Below, piece by piece: positions 37,401 through 49,516 of a stretch of 64,000 bases of DNA. Below the pieces are notes generated by a model. It saw nothing but the letters and a program-made list of their open reading frames with translations. It was not told the DNA's origin and did no database searches. This stretch comes from Phoronis australis (taxonomy: Eukaryota; Animalia; Phoronida): assembly GCA_002633005.1 (NCBI GenBank), contig NMRA01000574.1, forward strand, positions 205,485 through 269,484. Direction: 5' to 3'. A program made the position numbers and the translations under genes. Positions within the stretch are counted from its first letter, which is position 1, and the number at the start of each line of letters is the position of its first letter.

Positions 37401-40400
37401 ATATCAATTTGATACAACCAGCTATTAGCGGGCACTTGTAACACTTAACCAAATGAAAAATATTATCAGCCAGATTGCTAATACTGATGAATTTTAGTTT
37501 ACCATAAGAACTCTTTAAATTGAGAGGAATTGCTAAGACTGTCACATTCCTGTTTTTCAAAAGTTTATTTTATTGGGAACAGCTGTACTGTAGAACCCAA
37601 GAAAAAATAAGAACAAAATATTTTCTTAAAGTTTCATTTTTGTTAAAAAAATGAAAGACCACTTGGAACAATTTTTCTTGTAAATCTCTTGCATATTTCA
37701 AATGTCTAGTTCAACCCATGAAACTATATATTTTAAATCCTTGATAATCAAAGAAATATAACAGTTTCACGTACACGAAAACAATGTGTTTGACAATATT
37801 AGTTCTTGAAAAATCAAGCCTAACTGCTTGACTTTTTGCCATAATGGATTATCAGCCCACGTGTGCTTTTAAAGAGCATGTTAGTGGTATTCCTAACCTT
37901 GCACAGTTTACACAACAGATTTAGTGGAGGTCATTGATCGCTACTACAGCTAGATTCAAAAACCTATGGTACGTCTGCACTATTTTGTACTCAACACTGA
38001 CAAAATTATCCATTTTTCTATTTTTCAAAGGCTGATTACCATTCTGTAAATATTGGAAACTTTACAAAATGTTCTTTTATGAGATCTATACTGCCCGGTT
38101 TACAACCTCACCAGTTTTGGAACAAATAAATGAAAAATAATGCTCTTTTTTCATTTGTCAAGGGCTTCAAGCATTAGCAAAATGTAGGTCTTGAGCCAAC
38201 CACGAATTTCATAATACATCAATAATAAGACCTGTCCGCTGGACAGAATATTTGCCTATATTCCTGACACCACATATTGCCTTTGATGGTTTATACCACT
38301 ACCTCTCCTCACGTGGCTTTCAAGCATTGTTGTGAATGCTACAACTTTTCTATTGACCGCAGCTGTGGCATAAAACCTCATAGTCCAAAAGTCATGCTAC
38401 ACGTGTCATGGAAACCACTGATCAAATAAAATCTCACTTGTCCGCCATATTGTGCCCTAATTTGGTGAAATTTTACCAGACAAATCAAACTAAAAATAGA
38501 GTGAAATTTTTTAATCATTTCCATGAGCAGAAATTTGACAACATAGATATTCACTTCCATATTGTGTGCTAAATATATGGAGAATCAACCTATACCACTT
38601 TGTACTTGATGACTTTGACTTCAACAACACCTATTACTATTTCAGGCTACGATATTATAAGAAACCAAAGGAGCAGCTTTGTATTGATCGACAGTCTTTT
38701 TACTCAATTTTCTACTTTTAAAAGCATTTTCTTTTAGTTTAAAATATTTTCAGTGACATTACTGGGCGAACAGCCAATCAAAACCATGAAAAATCAGAGT
38801 GAACCAGATGTTAAAAAACACAACAAACAATCAAGACAAAATGAACCGTCATGATGACTAACAAAAATCTTAGTCACAATACCTCAGTGCAAGCCGGTCC
38901 AAAATTCATTTCTCCCATCCTCATTGCCACACACATTCCACTCATGTACATAACGGCTTGAATATCAACTCACCTTCGATTTCTTACAGGGGTCTCGGAT
39001 TTTGAGAAATGTGCTGTGATCCCTGTTAGTGACAACTGGCGATGTAGTACCAGACAAAACGAGCATTTACCATGACTAATAAATATATGGTGTGCGAATA
39101 TATTGGATGTGGGTTAGTAAGCAATAAAAATAATTTCCTGACTGTTTAAAGTCATATTACAAACCCTGAAACAAAGGCAAGAAAAATACATTTTTTGATG
39201 GTTTAACAAGAAAGAACAATACCTCAGTGCAAGCCGGTCCAAAATTCATTTCTCCCATCCTCGTTGCTACACACATTCCACTCATGTACTTAGCTTTAAC
39301 ATAACGGCTTGAATATCAACTCACCTTCAATTTCTAGATCAGTATCCCATCCACCGTCATCAAGATTAACGGCTTGAATATCAACTCACCTTCAATTTCT
39401 AGATCAGTATCCCATCCACCGTCATCAAGATCGACAGTCAAGTCATCTATGGAACCCCGTCGTCGTCGACAGTCATCATCACTGCAACTGTCATTCTTGT
39501 CATTGGAGTTCTCGTCAAAGTTCTCGCCGACCTTCTGGCCATTGTTCAGTCTGTTCTTACGACTATTGGTTCTGTTTATAGTCTGTAACATGTTAAAGAT
39601 ATTGTCTTAATAGACACTTACAGGGGTCTCGGATTTTGAGAAATGTGCTATGATCCCTGTTAGTGACAACTGGCGATGTAGTACCAGACAAAACGAGCAT
39701 TTACCATGTCTAATAAAATTATATGGTTTGGATGTGGGTTAGTAAGCAACAAAAATAGTTTCCTGACTGTTTAAAGTTATATTACAAACCCTGAAACAAA
39801 GGCAAGAAAAATACATTTTTTGCAATTACAGATGGTTTAACTAGAAAGAACAATTAGTTGATAATCTAAATATCAATCAGTTTTACGCATGCACAAACGC
39901 GAGTTTGCCTACCGGTAGTCCTAGAAAGCTTAACCGTGATGTCAAAAAACCGTGGTGAACAATCAAATATAGATCAACTTCAATGACCAGGACCATGTCC
40001 CTGTAGGCTTCAAGAATAAAAATTACCAAAGACGAAATCTAAACCAATTTCGAGTCCCATCTCGAGCAGCTACCTAACTCAGTAAATAGTAAAACTTGTT
40101 GTTATCGTTGCACTAACCCAAACTTTGTTTTGCTGTAATTTTCAGTTATGCACAATCCAAATTTATTCACTAACATGAGTCAAGATATAAGGATCTGTAT
40201 TTCCATCGCTTGTTGAATAACGGAAGAAGAAACCGAGCCCCAAAGTACAACTCTCTCAGTACGTCAATACCTACATGTTAATATCGTAGAAATGAATACA
40301 CAGTAACTGTTACACAGGTTCGGGTGGTAGACTGAAATATGGTGTCATAGAAACCATCAAACTTTATAACTGGGCCTTAAAACATATCTCAGGATAGGTG

Positions 40401-43400
40401 AAAACATCCAGTAGTCGCAAATAAACTGAGCAATAGCGACCATTGCACCAAAGAGACACAATAATATTCAAGCAACACAGCCCCATTGGTTTCCAAGAAC
40501 ACTTTAGGGAACCAACTTGACATTAAGCCAGTACGAAATGATTAATTGACTTTACATAATCCAGTACATGTTTTGGCATCTTGAATACTTTAAATTTAGA
40601 GAGGTTCTGCTTAACAGTTCAATGAATGATATACCAAAACAGAATTAATGATCAATTTAAATGAAAGAAATTCTATAATCAACAACCTGATCTGTAGTGA
40701 CAAGAACTTCAGTCAAATAGACCCTTGATAATGCCATTGTGGGTGACTAGTCGGACAAACCAAAGCTTATTTCTCAGTCTACCAACGCAGCTCATATCGA
40801 AAGCTCTTATTAGCAACCAATCAAATTTTTACTTCCAAGCAAACACATTAGCCATGCTGAGCTCAATAAAATTAAATTGAAAACGAGTTACAAGATATTA
40901 ATAACAGATTAACAATATAGAATCTTTTGTTTCCATTGTTACTGAAGCAAATTAGTTCTTATTAGACCAGGTGTATGAAATATGTATGAAATTCTGCTGA
41001 AATCTTACAAGAAATTTTTTCCTTTTAACCATGCGTGTCTGTGTTAAAGCCATATTCAGCGCTCTCTTTAAATTTTCGTATACATCATCAAATTAAGTTT
41101 TCAAATACTGCAGGTCGACATCCTTGTGAAGTTGGCAATTTTGATCTGATCAACGTAGGGTTACAGACAACATTTATTTTAGTACTGCATTTTTATGTAA
41201 GTCATGTCTAATGGTAGGATGTCGCAAAATGTAAGACGATTACTTTGGAAAACCAGTTTGCTCCACTAGACACCAATTACCAGGTATTGATCCAATTTTC
41301 AGACACTTTCAGACATATTGCAACACCATCACCACCGAGTTCAGGTTTATCAGTTTGGAATTTCGATTAAAACAAAAACAGTTAATGAAGAACTTATTTA
41401 TGGCTTACCTGATAACTTTGCATTTGTGTAAATTGCAAATTATCCATAGATAATAACTTTTTAACTAAGAGTATAATATGTACCAGCTTGTGACCATATT
41501 TAAATACTCCCCAGACAGACAACTAGAAATCTGTGACTGACAAGCTCCGTTTATGTCCCCCTAAAGCAATTTCTGCTAGCTATTTGTGCAAACAAAAATG
41601 GCACTTCAATTTCAAGCTTATTTAACTTGTGTATAATTCTAAGACAAGTTGAATTTAAATCCAGCTCTCAGGTGACAATTTTATGGGTTCGCCAGTCAAA
41701 GCACAAGCCTAAGGGTCTGACTTATCAACTAAGATCGCCAAGGCTTCAGCTTGATACAATGAAATCACATTGCCTTATGTTCTAACAAAAAGTACAAAAA
41801 CTCAGAATGTCAATGGTTTTCCATGTCTATCGATTTTGGAGAAGTTTTAATTCATTCAAATATCCACAGAGTAAAAATGCACCACAATGAGTGTATACTG
41901 GTAAACACAAAATGCACACAAGCTATTAATAATTTTGACTTCATTACTTATTTTTGCAGAATGGCTACGGTAAAATCTCACCAATTTTGGACAAAACTAA
42001 TTGCCAAAACTGGTCTTTTTTCATTGTTCAAAAGCTTCTAATATTGTCTTGAATGTCCACAGTTGCTGGAAACATTGTCTGAAGGTAGCTTATGGCATAT
42101 ACCTTTAAAATGGTATAGCATCTATTTGGTGCTATTTGCCTTATATTAAAAAATGAAAATGCAAAATTTCACTAGTCCACTATATTGTGTTCTAAATAGG
42201 TGAAATTTTATGAAGAGAAAAATATATCTGAGTGACATATCTCAAACATGTGTAGTTATTCTGAAAGTCATTACATCATATTATTTCATCTTAGATCACA
42301 GAATTAAAAGAATACCACCTGCTGTATTAATAGTTCTGAATAGTTAACAAGCACAGCACAGCCCTGATAAATGCTCTTCAATGACTCAAAAATGCAACTT
42401 ATTGGCTGACACCCCTTAGCACGACCCACAGACTGCCAAACACACTGCCCAACTCACAAAACACAGCTTAAAGTACCCCCCCCCAAAAAAAAACGCATGC
42501 ATGTTCTCACAAACACAGCTCACAGACTCCATGTTCAAGCACCATTACTGGAAGGTTAGTGGGCTGTGTTTGTGAGTTCAGGCAAAATTTTTTGTTTGTT
42601 AGCTGTGTTTTGTGACTATAGAATCATGTTTGGCAGTCATAAAGCCGACTGTGAGGAAAACAACATTACTATGTTGATGATATTAGCCTGCTACATGCCA
42701 GGCACACATAAATAGTAGCCTGCTACATGACAGGCATGCAGTTCCCTAATTTAGTCATCATAAAGACTAACCACAGATTACAGAGGTCCAAATTTTCAAA
42801 AAAAAAAACAAGATGATATTCCAAGTTACTTATACCATGTTTTCAATAATGCCGACAGAAACAACTGAAAAATTTGTACATTTCAAAAGCCAGTCCTCCG
42901 TAGCAACACCAGCTCAATATATTACTTGTTTCTGACTGACATAATGGCCCACAGTATGAGACGTGAAAAATGAATTGTACATCACCACTTGGGTTTGTTA
43001 GGAGGTTTGTCAAAATAAAATTGCATACTTTTGCCATACCGTGTCATGACGAGCCACAGATTAACATGTATTTAGACAAATCGCTTCTCTTTAATGGACA
43101 CTCAGGCCATTGCATATGCCACACTCACCACTTTCATAGGTCTTCCACGCATCAAAGGCATCTTGTCTACCTGGTGAACTTCAGCAATCCGATTAATAGC
43201 GAACCTCTCAGAGAAGACTGATATTAATCCCAGCTCCCAGTCATGGCAAATAATCAAGTGAATTAAAATTGGTTTATAAACAATCAAAACGTAAGCTGTA
43301 GTATTATAGGCCAGTGAATCTCCGAGCAGTGTCACAGTCCTCAAAAAATTTCAATTACGACGCAATAGAAAGAAGCTCGTCTCTCAACAGAGATAAAACC

Positions 43401-46400
43401 TCGGGTGAAAAAAATAACAAAAGCATCAACCTTGCAATGCTAAGTGACACAAGTTGTTACAATACAATACTCAGATATCAGCTAACTGCAGTCAATGCCA
43501 GACCTTTGCTATCTGAGTAAATAAAACACAAATCTTTAATCACATAACCACAGTTGCTAGGTAAATTTCCATCCGCAAGACCATCTCTTCTTCAACTCGG
43601 GCAGCTAGAGAATGAAATCAATCCACTGTGAGCAATTGTCTATGTATCTTCAGAGACAATCCACTGTATTTGCAGGATCGCTTTCACATTAGCAGTTAAC
43701 TTTTCGTGACAACTGGTCAGTCCCTAATGGTGATTATTGATTGTTTAGCAATTAATGACCATGCAAGTGATGTCTTTAAATCACTGCCGTTCTGTGACCA
43801 CCACCTGTTGAGCGACAAGTCCACTAAGTCGTCTGAGTCGGCAAGACAAGTTCAGCCAAACTGTGCGTGTATAGAATGATCCATCCGGATTGGTTAAGAT
43901 TAAAAGATGGTGTCAAAATAATTCAACAAAGTATTCCTAAGGAGGTCAGCAAAGGTACTTTTGAAAGATGACGAGAATTGAAAGATTACATCTTAAGCAA
44001 AATTAACATATGTTACAACAGCCAAGTTTTGTATTTCTACATTGGTTTGTATCCATGGAAACCATCATGAGTGAAGATTAAAGCATTTGTCTTTTTCTGA
44101 ATACAATCGTACAGAAAAAATGAAAAGTCAAAAAGAATGTATTTTAGGGGTTAAGAGCACCACAAGTGGAGTACTTTCACCAACCAGGATTAAAATTTAC
44201 CCAAGTCGTGTCCTAATATTTTCCTACATTAGATGAAAGGAGACAAAACAGTGTAGTTTTCACTCAAAGCATGCACACAATGTGGTGAGGGTAATGCTTT
44301 GGCAGTTAATGCTTTCAGATCCCTTGTTGACGTATGCTCCAAAGTATGTTCCCTTAAAAAAGCAAACACTGCCTAGTGTGCTTAACAAAAGCAAGGTTTA
44401 GACAGTGTTTGGTACAAACCCATTACCATGTAAATATGGAGATGACTGTCCAAATAGACTGCCCTCTTGATAAATGAATGAATTAATGAACAGAAATTCA
44501 AATACATACTCAGGGCAGCTTGCAAATAAGGAATATAATTTGATTCAATCACAGGCTCTGCACGTTGTCTCCATGGTGATATTGTGATATCAAAAGAGGT
44601 GACAGTAACAATTGTCATAATAAATAATTATGTAATCATCATTAGGATTATTCTCACAGCAACTGGTGGTCTATGGCAGAAAATAACTTTTAATTTAGCC
44701 AAGGTACCTTGATAAAACGTTTCATGTTTCTTATTCAGATGATAACATATTTATCTAGTTGGAAATAATTAAAATTCATTATTGTCCGAGACAATGGTCA
44801 GCACATAAAATGACCCCTGTGACAACGCAGCTCGTAGAAGGTGGACTAATAACCAACCTCAAAAATGACAATCTAATTTGATATGGGAACAATTTGAGAC
44901 TAGTTTCATTGGTCTTTATTGTGATGAAAGGGAGGTTTACGGTAGCTTTAAGCAATGGGCACAAAAATGTTCATAATATAAAATAAAAGAATTTCCTGAT
45001 ACAAGTTATTCATGACGGTACTTGTTTCTTAAAATGTATTATAGTTTTTTGTTTGTTCTAAATTGAATAGGCTTCACTGTGTACTGTTCTGGATTTACCT
45101 GACAAACCTAGGAGCTATAGTCTACCAAAACTAAGCAGCTTTGACAAATTACATATAGCGGTATACCATGACTTGAACATTCGGTAGTATATCTCAATGT
45201 CAATGAGAACAGAGTGAAATTAAAATGACTAAGTTGAATCTTAGAGAAAATGATGCAACAACACACATTTTGCTATGACAATAAACTTGATTTAGTAAAA
45301 ATAAAACAATTTCATATACTTAGACAATAAGTGTTAAGACCAAAGCAGCATAGTTACTTGTTTTGAACTGCTTTTTTAAATTGAGTGGGTGGTGTGTTTT
45401 TTTTTTTTTTTGGAGTTCACTTTTTCAAGAATCAAAATCCACCTGAGTCGAGCAAAAACTGTGCGGGCTTTGTTTGTTTACTCATTGCTCAAGGAAAATC
45501 ATGGTGTTTCATCCTTGCTCTGACCCTGTTTACCTGCTTTTGTGCAGTTTTCCAAAAAAAAACACGAGAACTTGGCTGAAATTGATGAATTTAGGGTTTA
45601 TTTTAGTTAGCCCCCAAAGATCTCAAAAAGTGTCTGAGTAAAGATCAGAAATAAATTTGATTTTTGGCTTTATCTAAGATGCTAATAAGTCAAAGATAGA
45701 AATGATATTCAATGATAGTCGTAGGTCAGCTAGAACATGTGAACTTGACCTCATTAATAGTCAATAAATCAATGACATCAGGTAGTCTCTATCAAATGTT
45801 TGCTCAGAACATAGAGATCACAAAAAGCTTTTGATGTCATATCAATGAAAAATAAAGATTTGATACCACATCGCTTTTGTGGACGCTACTGAAAAGGCAA
45901 CTGGAATATTGTCCATTATGGAGTTAATTCCTTCAATATTTACCTTATAATTGTATAGTAAACTATGGAATTTCAATTTTACACATTAATTCTGTTGAAT
46001 TATTTCAGAATGTGAATTAGTATTATTAAAGACCCAAGTGGCACTACCCGGTAATGAGGTCAAGTTAAAATCGTAAACTTGAAAATCGAATAGTTCTAGT
46101 TAGCAGAAACTTATTGTTGAGCTTCATTCAATCCATGAAGTAATTTATAAGGAATTTGATAAAACTTATAAAAATAAGATTTGCACCCCCAAAGATACAT
46201 AAACCATGGCACTGTGTACTATTGTATTGGTATAGACAACATACCTTCCTGTTCATAACACCACTCTGTCCCTTCCATTGCTGGATTCGAGCACTCATCG
46301 CTTAAGTATAATTAAAGCCCGTGTTTGATTTTAAATATCTCCATACTACAATGAGAACTTTCTCAGTCTATATAAAGTAATTGAACAGACACTGAGTGAC

Positions 46401-48758
46401 AGTTGGTGGAGATGACAGCAGCAAGTTCCTGAGCAATCCATAAAACTGTCTGCTGGTGTCATTAAGTAAGTGAAGCCACTGCATGTGAATCCAAATCAAT
46501 ACAGATAGAATAGTTGCATGTGTGGCCTGTTCTTAACTACCGTAACAAGCAATAACACAGGCAGGTAGAAAAATCCATTTCTAGTAACTTATTGACCATT
46601 TCCCTGTGTAGTTGAAACACATTCCAGTGGAACATAGTGGAACGTATGAGGTATGACACATTGAAAACTATACAGCCATTGACCACAAGTTGAATTAGAA
46701 TATTTGCATGATTCATAGCATTTGTAGATTAAATAGAAGTATTTGTCTTCCCCTAAATGACTTTCAATTGAGTATGTGATGTGTTGCGGAAGTAGATTAA
46801 AAACTTGTTGGAGTACTTTGTGCTCATTTTCTCCACCCTGCACAAATGCATATTGGCAGCACTATAACCCTTATCAGTTAGACTATTGGTATTGCCAAGG
46901 AAAACTTAGACAAAGTTGAGTGCTCAGAAGCCTACAAACTCCAGTAAACAAACACGGACTGAGAACGTTCTTTACGTTAAGTGGCTTCTATGAAACGGAT
47001 AACAAAAGAAAGGAAAGGCCTTCATATTTTCCCAAAAACGAAGCTTCCAGCGCAACTTCCCCACGAAGATTATGAGCAACCAATTATTATAAAATGTAAA
47101 TAGAAAATTGGTAAATATTAATATCATATCACTAAACAGAATCAATTTCAGAATGAAAGCAACTGAAACACTACACTTTACTTCCTAGGCACCAGAACAC
47201 AAACAGTCGAGAGTAAAGTGTAAGAAAAAAGTACTGACGTCATTAGACAGCCATTGTGAAACCATTTTGATTCAGCCATACAAGCAATTACGAAGCAAGT
47301 TGAGTTCTCAACATGAGTAAAAGGCATTTACATGTTAGGTTTGTTGTCAGTCGTTGTGAAACCATTTCACCATTTCGTAATATTTGCCCTGTAAGACATT
47401 GGGAATGCAATGCATGGGTTGTGTAAAAAGGCGTTAACGGTTTAACTTAAGTTTTGTTGCCAATCCATAGTTAAACTATTTTGTAATATTTGCCATGCAA
47501 CCTTCTGAAGTCATTTAGCACTTACAAAGATTTGTAAAAACGCATTTCTAGTTAGCTTTATTGTGAAACACTGTGAAACCATTTTGCAATGTTTATCATG
47601 TAAACCACTGGTTGCTCAACCCACGGATACTGTACCCACATGGATGAAGCCAAATTTTTAACCCATGTTGGTGTTACACATTGAGGTAAAACCAGTCAAA
47701 CCAGAATAAACATTGATAAGGTAGCTATTGACATTAATGATAGAGTATGATTATCTGGCTTATAGGGCTGCATTGACTTTTCATCACCATCTTATCAATC
47801 AAATGCCAAGGGGGGTCTGAAAAACGCCCAGTGCATTACCAAAGTCTGATACCAGAAATATTTCAGGTGCCTAAAATAAAATCTAACAGCCAAACATGGA
47901 GGCCCTAAATCAGTACCAATTGTAACTAGTTTTTCATTACTTAATGTAATTTTAAGTACTTTTGTAAAAAATGGTCGCATTCCAGGCTTTCAGAGCTTGC
48001 ATTTGTTTCTGCTTTAGTTCAAAAATTCCTTTAATTGTAAATTAATTGTATCTGAGTAATGTCTGTTGACAAAACTCCAGCTTAATCAGATATCAAGTTG
48101 TCATTTGTGTTATAAATAAATTAAGTACATATGTACCTGATATTCTATGGAATTTATCTTCACTACAACATACCTAAAGCTAATTTTATGTTTGTAGAAC
48201 AATAATTAACCAGAAAATCCCCATTAGCAAATCAAATCAAATTGTTATTGGTATGAAACAAATCTGCCTGTATTGTTCAAATTTTGCTTTGGTTTAGTCA
48301 CGGTTCTGTTCACGGACTTTTTGATCTAAAGCAAAATATTCTAAGTGAACCAATACATCCTATTTTAATAGGAAGCTTCAGTTTATAGAGTTTAAAAACT
48401 CTATAAACTTAAGCTTCTCAATATATATAACCAAAAAAGTCTTTATGGCAATTTCATGACTATTATAAAAGTTAGCATGGCTTCATTGTTAAACACGCTT
48501 AGTGGACTAATAACTTTATTGTCATCCGGCTAAAATCATGAGTTTTATTGATAAACAAATAACTTTAAAAAATGTTTTTGAAATTGACAATTACAGGATC
48601 TAAATGTTACATATGCCTACCCGCTTAGCTTCTCCAAGGTAACCAGATGAGTTTGTAAGCCTTGAACCTGGTCGGCTTGTTCCAGTTGAAGGTCTACTAG
48701 CCAGACTTGGTGTGCGACTTGTCAGTGCTTTAAAATGTGGATCCACTTTAGTAGACAT
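19362..48758 (-). CDS. LRRC74: Leucine-rich repeat-containing protein 74-like (RNI-type LRRs plus C-terminal EF-hands), 12 coding exons, 543 aa
   Basis: Exons 48621-48758, 39390-39582, 31635-31807, 29571-29678, 28072-28215, 27315-27482, 26851-26966, 26137-26215, 25286-25381, 24730-24972, 23662-23747, 19362-19449; all GT-AG and phase-consistent. Family motifs WDTDLEIE, GVIPVSYFVRHM, LRHHALGP, LDLSWN, HPMVKLQNYI..LIDFF, DRDGDGEINYSE. A versus B paralog not resolved. Confidence 0.9.
19757..20056. mobile_element. MITE-like element
   Basis: Imperfect ~27-bp TIRs AAAACCGGACGATCGCCGCACA / TGTGCGGCGGTCGTGCGGTTTT. Confidence 0.55.
22838..22997 (-). CDS. Candidate alternative terminal exon of the LRRC74-like gene
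   Basis: CTCTTTCAG acceptor in matching phase 2; open to TAA (SAICVQPSTGSSNPVRPMSPGRTF..TRLR*); GC-richer than its flanks. Confidence 0.4.
23662..23747 (-). CDS. LRRC74: LRRC74-like EF-hand exon
   Basis: EIGINLTQEEISLLVDELDRDGDGEINY; AG/GT bounded. Confidence 0.88.
24730..24972 (-). CDS. LRRC74: LRRC74-like exon (linker plus first EF-hand)
   Basis: DILVNEDF..HPMVKLQNYITKNNLRLIDFFQKFDKDKSMSVTRAQF. Confidence 0.9.
25286..25381 (-). CDS. LRRC74: LRRC74-like LRR exon
   Basis: MGKNPMQSAGCWAVCASLLKNPNCVLEDIDFT. Confidence 0.88.
26137..26215 (-). CDS. LRRC74: LRRC74-like LRR exon
   Basis: NNRIATEGAVLLGKGLSVNENLKTLK. Confidence 0.88.
26851..26966 (-). CDS. LRRC74: LRRC74-like LRR exon
   Basis: QNIFMKCINLSWNGLGNEGAMALGNALKENAVLETLDI. 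Confidence 0.88.
27315..27482 (-). CDS. LRRC74: LRRC74-like LRR exon
   Basis: NGPKLEYLNLSNNSFGERAG..LKNLDLSWNCIRKRGAVAIAAGIK. Confidence 0.9.
28072..28215 (-). CDS. LRRC74: LRRC74-like LRR exon
   Basis: NLSDNKLGSLSAEPLSDIIQNNTTLTHLTLSGNEFDDTAAIFFAEAIM. Confidence 0.9.
28562..28853. repeat. Long inverted repeat with two degenerate minimal hammerhead cores (Penelope pLTR-like)
   Basis: Arms of ~125-145 bp; CTAACGA-TGGCCGG-AGAATAGA-CCGACC-GAAAC-GTC (+, 28759-28794) and CTGACAA-TGGCCGG-AAAATAGA-CCTACC-GAAAC-GTT (-, 28621-28656). Confidence 0.7.
28956..29177. repeat. 18-bp minisatellite (GGTCAGAGCCTGGCTGCT), about 12 copies
   Basis: Directly visible tandem array. Confidence 0.95.
29571..29678 (-). 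CDS. LRRC74: LRRC74-like LRR exon
   Basis: TNTNVLKLDLSDNWLGYQGCLHVCEMLKENCYITDL. Confidence 0.9.
29733..29992. mobile_element. MITE-like element
   Basis: TIR CATGCGCGCACCCAG / CTGGGAGCGCGCATG; no clear TSD. Confidence 0.6.
31635..31807 (-). CDS. LRRC74: LRRC74-like exon
   Basis: EVKDSYDASGRTAYIATCKHQGVIPVSYFVRHMNDPKLVLRHHALGPESVKPMAVSLV. Confidence 0.9.
32400..32570 (-). mobile_element. tRNA-derived SINE
   Basis: A box GTGGCCTAGTGG and B box GGTTCGAGTCCC on the minus strand, followed by a non-tRNA body. Confidence 0.65.
33643..33760. repeat. 40-bp tandem repeat, 3 copies
   Basis: Unit TATACTTGTCCTATGGGGGTAGCATGAGTACTCCTTCATG. Confidence 0.95.
34321..34423 (-). CDS. Candidate alternative first coding exon of the LRRC74-like gene
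   Basis: AGTATGG start; MAEDYSGFLFADPQPFKKTVNRIISIKKKEQKEK; AAG/GTAGTG donor in phase 1, matching the exon at 31807. Confidence 0.55.
35205..35450. repeat. Degenerate (TAA)n/(TTA)n microsatellite region
   Basis: Directly visible. Confidence 0.85.
36322..36462. mobile_element. MITE with CATGGGCGG termini and 5-bp TSD (TATAA)
   Basis: TIRs and TSD are visible; a second family member lies at 49366-49516 in the opposite orientation. Confidence 0.8.
38878..39855. repeat. Local tandem duplication around an LRRC74 exon
   Basis: 38878-39217 repeats 39218-39855 but lacks the exon body; an extra 65-bp duplication lies at ~39302-39366. Confidence 0.9.
39390..39582 (-). CDS. LRRC74: LRRC74-like N-terminal acidic exon
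   Basis: ..DDLTVDLDDGGWDTDLEIE; TACAG acceptor, GTGAGT donor. Confidence 0.85.
42431..42639. repeat. Palindromic MITE-like element
   Basis: Nested inverted pairs GACTGCCAAACA/TGTTTGGCAGTC, TCACAAAACACAGCT/AGCTGTGTTTTGTGA and CTCACAAACACAGC/GCTGTGTTTGTGAG. Confidence 0.65.
44049..44062. promoter_or_regulatory. RFX X-box-like palindrome GTATCCATGGAAAC
   Basis: Matches GTHNYY-AT-RRNAAC; related sites at 44567-44580 and ~43553. Confidence 0.35.
46245..46298 (-). CDS. Candidate alternative first coding exon (MSARIQQWKGQSGVMNRK)
   Basis: ATG to AAG/GTATGT donor in phase 0, matching the exon at 39582. Confidence 0.35.
48621..48758 (-). CDS. LRRC74: LRRC74-like first coding exon (MSTKVDPHFKALTSRTPSLASRPSTGTSRPGSRL..)
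   Basis: Acceptor ends at 48808, ATG at 48758, phase-0 donor; SRP-rich low-complexity N-terminus. Linkage to the gene is inferred from phase and position. Confidence 0.7.
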
Positions 48759-49365
48759 TTCAGATAGGGGTTTCTAGGGTCACGCCATTTTTCAGTTTCA
48801 AGCCTCTCTAAAATAAAGTTTAGCCCGTTTTTGATAATTCTCAGTGATCACCACAACATCCACAATCGATCCCCGTCAACATTTTTTTGGCGAATTTGGA
48901 ACGATAATGGTTACCTGTTTGAATTTGGACGCAAGCATTATATAGACAACTACTCCTAAGCCTTACTGTTTTTGAACTGCATCTGAGGTGTGCAGCTTTC
49001 AATGTTGAGAATGCACGTGGTTTAAAACTAGTCAGAGTAAAGACAACCCATGCGGAATTTCTAGGTACAGTTACATTGTTTGAAACCATACAATATTGAA
49101 TTTCATTTTTTAAAACTGTTTTCAACTACCAAAACTACTGTTCAGTTATTACACTGCAAACAAATCACAGCAACACATGCTAATGGATATTTCAAGTCAG
49201 GATAAAAATTTTTGGAGAAAAAAATTTATTTCCCAATTAAGAACTACAAAACAGGTTAAAAGCCATACACCCACATGATGGGTATTAGCTGATTCGCCTG
49301 AGCCGCTATTCTTCCCAGGTGCTTGATATGTAATAATCCACCCACTATACTCCTACTAATACTAG

Positions 49366-49516
49366 CATGGGCGGCACAGCACTGAAAAAAGAGGGGGGGG
49401 GGCTAAAGCCCCCTCAGCCCCCCTGTGGTGCACCGCCTATAGACCGTGTGCAGCGCAGCACTGAAAAAAGTGGGGGGCTATAGCCCACCCCAGCCCTCTA
49501 TGGTGCGCCGCCCATG
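49366..49516. mobile_element. MITE with CATGGGCGG termini and 5-bp TSD (ACTAG)
   Basis: TIRs plus TSD; same family as 36322-36462. Confidence 0.8.
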
